A DNA stretch of 64,000 bases from Eledone cirrhosa (Eukaryota). The stretch is from assembly GCA_964016885.1 (NCBI GenBank), contig OZ024742.1, positions 328,848,001-328,912,000 on the forward strand, written 5' to 3'. The notes beneath the pieces were generated by a model that was given only the letters and a program-made list of their open reading frames with translations, ran no database searches and had not been told where the DNA came from. This document shows positions 56,149 to 64,000 of this stretch, in pieces. Position 1 is the stretch's first letter; every line of letters begins with the position of its first letter. Both the position numbers and the translations under genes were made by a program.

Positions 56149-57770
56149 GTATTATGGCTGTGTGTGTTCGTGTGTGTTTGTGTGTGTTTCCGTATGTATG
56201 CTTGTCTGTGGTTTTATATACATCTAGTAGATGGTATAAACTTAGAAACGAAGGGATGAAGTTTAGATGTGTGGAAGGCCAAAGGTGGGTGTTCTTACTT
56301 GATGAGTATTCACATCCATTTCATATCACTATTTTAAGTATATTCCGGTAACAGTCTCTCGCTCAATCAACCAAACCCTCTACCTTCCATACCTGGTAAA
56401 ACTGCAATTATGCAAAGAGAGAACCGATTTCTCGTACCACTTTATTCATCCCCTTCATTTCCTGCCCTTGCCTACACGTTAATGAACTCCTCGCCCCTAA
56501 AACTCCCATCTTTAAATTTATCTTTATGGTCCAGTGCTAAAGAATTTCTAAAGATTTTATGTTTCATATACGTTTCTATTAGGTTTACATCTACTTTATT
56601 GTTATTATTGTTATTCTTATTGTTATTATTATTATTACCATCATCAACATCATCATCATCTCCATCATCATCTTATTTATTCTTACACGCTTTCTATCAC
56701 ATTGCACTTATACGTATATACATACGTATATACATAGATCAGTCTAAGATCTCTTTCTCTCTCTCCCTCTAACTACCAAACACTCCGCCCCACACAGAAT
56801 CATTGAGGGAAATGGAGTACACGTGTAATTCCACTACCACATAATTGTATAGACCGGTATTAATACATCGACACACGTACATATACATTAACACTTACAC
56901 ACACAGACACAATATATATATATATATATATATATACAGAGAGAGAGAGAGAAAGAGATAGAGAGAGAAAGTGAGAGAGAGAGAGAAAAAAAAGAGAGAA
57001 AGAGAAAGAGAGGGGATAGAAAGAGACAGAGAAATAGACAGAGAAAGAGAGAGATAGAAAGAGAGGGATATAGAGAGAGGAAGAGAGAGAGAGAATTAGG
57101 GTGGTTGCTCCAACGTATAGCAGTATACATTCATGTATATAAGGTTTGTATATCGAACAATTTGCGGTATGTATACGAATAGATATTTGAAATATGTTAT
57201 GCATTTTAAAAGTAGTGGCCGTTACTACCCACCTAGTTCCAGCAGAAGCAAGGGGAGGGGAAGGCAACGGATTGCTGTTTCTGAGTGTGTGCCGTGGTCA
57301 ACATATACACACCCCTCTTCTTTGCCTCCCACTGGACCAAAATAATCACAAACATATAGATTTAACGCTTATCTATATGGACTGATTAGACTCTTTTGCA
57401 TACGAAGAATTCTTCGATATACAAACCTTATATACATCAACGTATACAGCTCTAAAAGAGTGAATAGTTTAATTTTATTTTTTGTTCAGGCCGAGCCAGC
57501 CTAAGACTACGTATGCAAATGTGGCTACTCAGCCTAAAACTATATGTTTCCGGTTTATTTGAGTTCCAGTGTGCGGCAAGTTAAGGGGTGCGTAATATTG
57601 ACAACGCCACACAGCCAGAAACAGCTTGTGGTTGCTTTCCCCCACCTCTAAACTTCTGCTGGAAATATGTGGGTAATGATGGCCACCACCTTTAAAATCC
57701 ATAGTTAATGACTTTCAAAATTCGTAACAAAATCATATATTATTCAATATACAAACCTTAAACACACACA

Positions 57771-57909
<139 letters not shown>

Positions 57910-58002
57910 ACAGTGGCGGACTGGGTCTAAAAATATTGGTTGCCAGGAGATGAAGGGGGCCCACCTATATACGGAATGCTATCATTTCATTTTTATAATG
58001 AA

Positions 58003-59279
58003 CTAGCATTAATACCGGCGTTGCTCGGGGTCAGTAAGTTACCAAAGTTAGGTTGCACCACCTATTTTATGGCAGCACTTTGTTGTCTGCCAGGCACTGG
58101 GTGAATGAATTGCAGACCTGGACTACCGAAGCAGGAGCTGCGCCAGCAGTGACAATTGTAGTTTCGCCTATGGATATTATCTCTGTGCAAAGAAGCGTTG
58201 AAATGTATTGTTTCACAGTACTTGCGCAACACACGCGTAGACGATGCCAGCCGAACAACAGAGCTGCGATGGAGTTGTTCTGCATGGTTGTTTAATGTGT
58301 GTTTTCTAAATTTAAGTTAGTAGGGAGTGGTGTGATTGGGGGGAGAGTTAGCTGCTGTTTCTAGCAGGTTTAGTGACCTCATAGAGGATATGTTTTCTAA
58401 ATTTAAGACAGTAGGGAGTGGTGTGATTGGGTGGACAGTTAGCTGCTGTTTCTAGCAGGTTTAGTGACCTCATAGAGGATATGTTTTCTAAATTTAAGAC
58501 AGTAGGGAGTGGTGTGATATGGGGGAGAGTTAGCTGCTGTTTCTAGCAGGTTTAGTGACCTCATAGAAGATATGTTTTCTAAATTTAAAACAGTAGGGAG
58601 TGGTGTGATTGGGGGGAGAGTTAGCTGCTGTTTCTAGCAGGTTTAGTAACCTCATAGAGGATATGTTTTCTAAATTTAAGACAGTAGCGAGGGGTGTGAT
58701 ATGGGGGAGAGTTATCTGCTGTTTCTAGCAGGTTTAGTGACCTCATAGAGTATATTATTGTGTATAGTAAATAAACTGATACTTCTTTCTTCCACGTTCG
58801 TTGAGAGGTTTTAAAAAAGATTTATCGCTATTTTTGTTGTTGTTGAATAAATTTATCTGTTGTTTTTGAATAATTGTTGTTTCGTATGAAATGTAATAAG
58901 TTCTCTTTGTCATTGAAGCAAATAAATGTTTGACCGTTCCACACTCAAAAACAAACGTTCTCTCTCTCCCCTCTCTCTCTTCCGCGTTCCTAAAGGAAGT
59001 TTGTAAGCATGTATGTAGTGTTATTGAAGTTTAAGGCGAGTAGAGAGAGGTTATCAGATTCTATTAGAGGGGTAAAGCGTCATGTATTTAGTTTTATCGA
59101 TTATTTCCATAATTCTGGGGGAGTTTCAATGAGATTAATAATCGTTGACCTAAATTAGATCATTTACAACATTCTTACAGACGTTGAGTCGAATCGGTTT
59201 GAAATTGTGCAAATGTATAAACATGGAACATGCAAACAGACACACACAACAACAACAATCTGCCTTTTATAGATAAGGA
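58003..59279 (-). mobile_element. Non-autonomous Helitron-like element containing a minisatellite
   Basis: Minus strand starts TC after A and ends in ccgagcaacgccgg..CTAG before T. Confidence 0.6.
58300..58752. repeat. Five tandem 91-bp units
   Basis: tgttttctaaatttaa at 58300, 58391, 58482, 58573, 58664. Confidence 0.95.
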
Positions 59280-59984
59280 TAAATAACATTTTCGAAAAAT
59301 ACATAAGTGGAAACAAACAGTGCAATCACATTTTTTAGGAAAAATATCTTACCGTCTCCAATAAAAAATATTATGTATTTTGCGAAATCCAGAGACTTTG
59401 AATAATGACCAGATGTCGACCCTAAATATTACTAATCCCTCAAGGAAAGCCATGAACGACACCATATCATTTTAAATTTGATTTTGAAAGTAGGTTTATA
59501 ATTATCAATTTTCATTATACTTTTGTAGCGGTGGCCTAGTAGGAGGAATCGTAGACGGTAATGATCCTGGTCTGAAGTTCGATCCTGGTCGGGGGTAGTG
59601 TTCTCGGTAAACCTTTTCATTTTTTATTGTAAAATAAAAACTGAAACAGTTTACATCTACCTCTTAACTAGGATTGAATCAATGGCCAGGAGCTCCACAA
59701 ACTCTAGTACTTACCGCTAGGCCACAGAGACAAATACGAAAACCTTATGAATATTCATAGTTATAAAGCTACTTTCAAAATTTTCAAAACAAAGCGTTGT
59801 GATGTCGTTCATCGCTTTCTTAATGTTATTGCTCCTACTTAATGTCGACTTCGAAATCATTTGGGTGTTCCATATACTACATCATCTTTTGCATTCACAT
59901 CTACCTAAACTATATTTTAACAAGTATTGTAACAAGTAAACAATGTTTGCATACATATATAATACATATATGTATGCATACATG

Positions 59985-60059
<75 letters not shown>

Positions 60060-60064
60060 ATGTT

Positions 60065-60259
60065 TGACCCCGTCGGCAGAGCTCAAGCCGTTTCGACGGC
60101 TATTTCTGAACTCAGAAATGTGTGCAGAAATAGCCGTCGAAATGGCTTGAGCTCTGTCATCGAGGTCCTGCATTTTTTCCCATTACCCACTCTACTACCC
60201 AAAATATCGAGTACTATGGTGCGTTATGGTCCACCTGGTTTCTTAGCACACTTCTTTCG

Positions 60260-60317
<58 letters not shown>

Positions 60318-60365
60318 CGAAAGCAGTGTGGTAAGAAATCAGGTGGGCCATAACGCACCAGAGTA
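60065..60365. mobile_element. Fold-back repeat of the 20108 family plus a second 3'-end fragment on the other side of a (TA)n tract
   Basis: gacggctatttctg..cagaaatagccgtc centre; cgttata-(TA)n-tataacg. Confidence 0.72.
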
Positions 60366-60697
60366 TATATATATATACATATATACATACATACATACAT
60401 ACATACATACGTACATATACACATACATGTATACACACATAAATACATATATATGTGTGTGTGTAAACATACAATTCTCATATTTACACACACACTTATC
60501 CCCCTCATTACACATCTTTTTGTAATGATTGTTCAATTTCCTTCACAATTTATTATTTTCCATCTAATATGGCGGAATTAAATTTTGCCGTTAAATTTAT
60601 TTTCTCTTATTGTGTTGCATTTCCGCTTCCGATTCATTCAATAGCTACGTTTTTTCCATTATGCGCGACATATGATTCTAATATATGACAAGTTCTG

Positions 60698-60698
60698 T

Positions 60699-60768
<70 letters not shown>

Positions 60769-60852
60769 AAGTAGTAGTAGTAGTAGTAGTAGTAATAGTA
60801 GTCGTAGTAGAAACAACCACAGAAGCAGTAGTAGTAGTAGTAGTAGTAGTAG
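60698..60852. repeat. (GTA)n microsatellite
   Basis: Direct reading. Confidence 0.97.
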
Positions 60853-61539
60853 AAACAGCCACAGAAGCAGCAGATGCAGTACTTGTAGTATGAACCACCA
60901 CCATATATTTCAATAAATCGCTATCCCCCAATGACAAGGGTTAAAAACAATATCATTCATTGTTAACCAGTCAAATTATTAACCATTACAAACCACATAA
61001 CTTTCGCCAAATAGCCAATAACAAGGGTTTCACGTGATGCTGGGTCACAACAGTGACATAGCATTGATCGATGGTGTTCTCCCGATGACAAAACATCTTA
61101 CTGTAAAATAATTACAAATCTCTTTAAATATACCTTATATGATATGCAATATATCAGATGTTAGCAAGTTATAAGTTTTCTAACCATGGGGGATTTGTGT
61201 ACACGCATGACCAGCTAGTATTCAGCCTGATCTCCAAAGGATGGATTGGACGTGGTAGAAATTGTCTCTTTCATTTCTTTCCAGTAACTGATGTATGTTG
61301 AAACCTGACAAGATTTTGATACGATTCAGAATCTTGACAGTAGATTCTTCTCGTCAAAAACCTGTAGGCTCGCAGCAGAGATGTGGCCCTCTTCTTTGGT
61401 TGTATTGTTCCCTATTGACATACGGAGGTTCCTATATTTCTGAGTTTCTTCCAAAGAATTTTTGATTCGCTTAATTCATACTTCAATTTATAAGCATAGG
61501 ATCTTCGTGAGCAATCGCACTAGGTAGCCAAGCAGCTTC

Positions 61540-61660
61540 AGCTACCTTAGAGTTACAGTTCTTACAGTTACGAGTTTTCTCCAGCGGTCTCTGTCCCTCA
61601 TCATGGCTGCCATGTCCTTCATCTCCAAGAGACCAGTGTCTGCACTTAGGGTATCAATAT
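61540..61660 (-). pseudogene. Short 3' remnant of an RTE/RTEX-like LINE ORF
   Basis: Minus strand IDTLSADTGLLEMKDMAAMMRDRDRWRKLV. Confidence 0.5.
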
Positions 61661-62207
61661 ATACACACACACACACACACATATGTATAAATGCATATGC
61701 GCCTATATAAACCTACATATACATGCAGACCGAGTTTGGAAAGATTGGTGTCCCGCGTTTGATTTGCCTAATTAGGAGGATGAGTGCGGTTTGGTTTGGC
61801 AACATTCATGAGAAAGTTCAGCGTTTGGTCTAGAGTGTTTACTTAATAGTTGTGGATTGGTTGAGTAATAACCTTATTTACGGGTACACGCACACACATA
61901 CCCCCCCCCCCCACACACATACACACATACACACATACACAAACACATGCACACACATACATATTGTCCCAGAAGTCTTTGGAAGATTTTTATTTGTTGC
62001 TATCGGTTCTCATCTATTGCAGACTGTCCATGTTAGTCTCCTAGCTGTTTGTATTCATCGTTGTTGTGGTTATAAACTATAGCCACACATACACTTAACT
62101 TTGGTTTTACTGTTGATGGAAATGTATTTTCGCAACATTGCGTACTTTGCTTTGATACTACTTTGTATCTACTCTACTGCGGCTACGACTTCGATATATA
62201 CCTATTA

Positions 62208-62607
62208 TTGGCAGTATTGGTAGAGCATTTGTAGCATAGAGTTACGGTCCTTTACGGTCTGAGTTCAAATCCCGCCCAGGTTAACTTTGACTTTCATCCT
62301 TACGGGGTCGATAAAATAAAACACCAGTAATGCACTGGGGTCGATTTAATCGACTTTCCCCTCCCCTTCATATTACTGGCCTTGTGCCTATAGTAGAAAA
62401 CATTATTATTATTATTATTAAAGGCGGTGGATTGGCAGTATCGGTAGAGAGTCGGACGCCATGCTTTCCAGCATAGTTACGTCCCTTTACGATTTGAGTT
62501 AAAATCCCGCCGAGGTTGTCTGTGCCTTTCATCCTTACGGCGTCGATAAAATATAGTACCAGTAATGCACTGGCTAATTGCTGGCCTTGTGCCTAAAGTA
62601 GAAACAA
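62208..62607 (+). mobile_element. Two tandem SINE family A copies (62208-62400, 62423-62607) separated by (ATT)n
   Basis: Head and body matches; (ATT)n tails. Confidence 0.87.
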
Positions 62608-63028
62608 TTATTATTATTATTATTATTATTATTAAAAGTGCACAATGGCAGGACTAATTTAACAATGAAGATATAAAAATATAAAATAAATATGCATAAA
62701 TATAACAAAATAAATTCCCCTATATGTGGTGGATGACCCAGGGGTGACTCAGGTACCCCACCAATCCTGAACCACCCTGCGCTTCTAGGGCACCCAGGGA
62801 GAGCAACCCCTCTCCTCAAGTTAGCTAGCTTATAAGCTCATTGTCAGAGTAGGCCCATTAACACGAGCCATTCTCGCCGCATTCAACCACCTTTTAGCAA
62901 ATGTACTGGGGGGCAGCACATCTCTCTCCACCCTCACCTTCCTTTCCAGGTGAAACTTGAAAAAGTTGATGAGGGATTGGTCTATGTATTGTCCCATACA
63001 TGTCGGCCCTTGCGGCCAATAAATGAAA

Positions 63029-63063
<35 letters not shown>

Positions 63064-63064
63064 A

Positions 63065-63249
63065 GGCGGTGGATTGGCAGTGTCGGTAGAGGGTCGGACG
63101 CCATGTTTTCCAGCATAGTTACGTCCCTTTACGATCTGAGTTCAAATCCCGCCGAGGTTGACTTTGCCTTTCATCCTTACGGGGTCGATAAAATAAAGTA
63201 CCAGTAATACACTGGTGAATTGCTGGCCTTGTGCCTAAATAGAAACAAT
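63065..63249 (+). mobile_element. SINE family A copy within (ATT)n
   Basis: Full head and body. Confidence 0.88.
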
Positions 63250-63489
63250 TATTATTATTATTATTATTATTGAATGCTATGGTTGACGGAGGCTCGGCTC
63301 TGTAAGGTACTGTAAATTTTGAACGCTTTAACAATTGTAAATTGTTTAAAACTTAGACCAACTTGTAGACAAAAACACCCTCCTCCTCGTGAGAGGGGTC
63401 TTTCTGCCCGTTATTTGGCCCTTCGGGGTTAAATAACTGCTTATTTGGGTTTTGTACCCAATATTTATTTTAAACAAAAAAAAAACAAC

Positions 63490-64000
63490 ATGGCTACGAA
63501 AAAGAATTTGCATAGGTCACTCCCACTCATTCCGTCTTCTTTTTCCTCAATCGTCACTACAGCAGAGAGAAGATTGTCTCTCTCCCTCCCTTCTTTAAAT
63601 GTGTCTCTCTCCCTCCCTTCTCTTTCGCAAGCGACGAAAGAAAAGAAAAGTGTCGTGCAAAGCGTGCAAGGTTTCTCCACGACGATGACGACAGCGACGA
63701 AACAGGTGTGCGGGAAATATGAAAACCCAGTTCATTCGTCTGACGTCAGGAATAATAGCAGTAGCAGCCGTAATAACAACAGCAACAGTGACAATGAAAA
63801 CAACAGTAGCAGCCGCAACAGCATCACCAGCAGCATAAACAACAACAGCATTAGCAGCAGCAACACCAACAACAACCACAGCAACAGCGGCGGAGGCAGT
63901 AGTCGTAGTACCTGCAGCAACAACAAAAGTAACAGCAGCTCTGACGACAACAACACCAACAGCAACAAAGAAAAACCAATCTCATTTGCAGGTATTGCAG
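63490..64000 (+). CDS. Possible first coding exon of a host gene (S/N-rich low complexity), open to the window edge
   Basis: ATG in aacaacATGG context; 170 stop-free codons MATKKNLHRSLPL..SNKEKPISFAGIA; absent from the ORF track because it has no stop. Confidence 0.35.
   Translation, partial: MATKKNLHRSLPLIPSSFSSIVTTAERRLSLSLPSLNVSLSLPSLSQATKEKKSVVQSVQGFSTTMTTATKQVCGKYENPVHSSDVRNNSSSSRNNNSNSDNENNSSSRNSITSSINNNSISSSNTNNNHSNSGGGSSRSTCSNNKSNSSSDDNNTNSNKEKPISFAGIA

Noticed and set aside
57911-57965. DNA-transposon terminal inverted repeat (cagtggcggactggg)
   Set aside because: No matching right-hand terminus or target duplication found in the window

Overview
AT-rich, repeat-saturated eukaryotic DNA. 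The SINE/LINE content looks octopod/cephalopod-like, which is an inference. No host gene is confidently identifiable; the only candidate is an S/N-rich ORF that runs off the right edge. The window holds one apparently intact RTE-clade LINE (APE-RT with a PHD-like insert) and remnants of R4/Dong-type and CR1/Jockey-type LINEs. It also holds many tRNA-derived SINEs, two Helitron-like elements, long (TA)n/(CA)n/(TAA)n microsatellites and many Penelope-like element (PLE) fragments. The most striking hidden structure is non-coding: more than 20 type I hammerhead ribozyme (HHR) motifs from at least ten unrelated repeat families, read by eye. Most sit in tandem and/or fold-back repeats whose 3' ends abut (TA)n. 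They include a near-perfect 4 x 310-bp HHR tandem array with an inverted copy (retrozyme/circRNA candidate), two families with a compensated U3:A8 core, one of them a 160-nt giant HHR, and position-4 core variants. PLE-associated HHRs and metazoan retrozymes are known classes; whether these particular families are described cannot be determined without a search. All folds were paired manually and need computational and biochemical confirmation.
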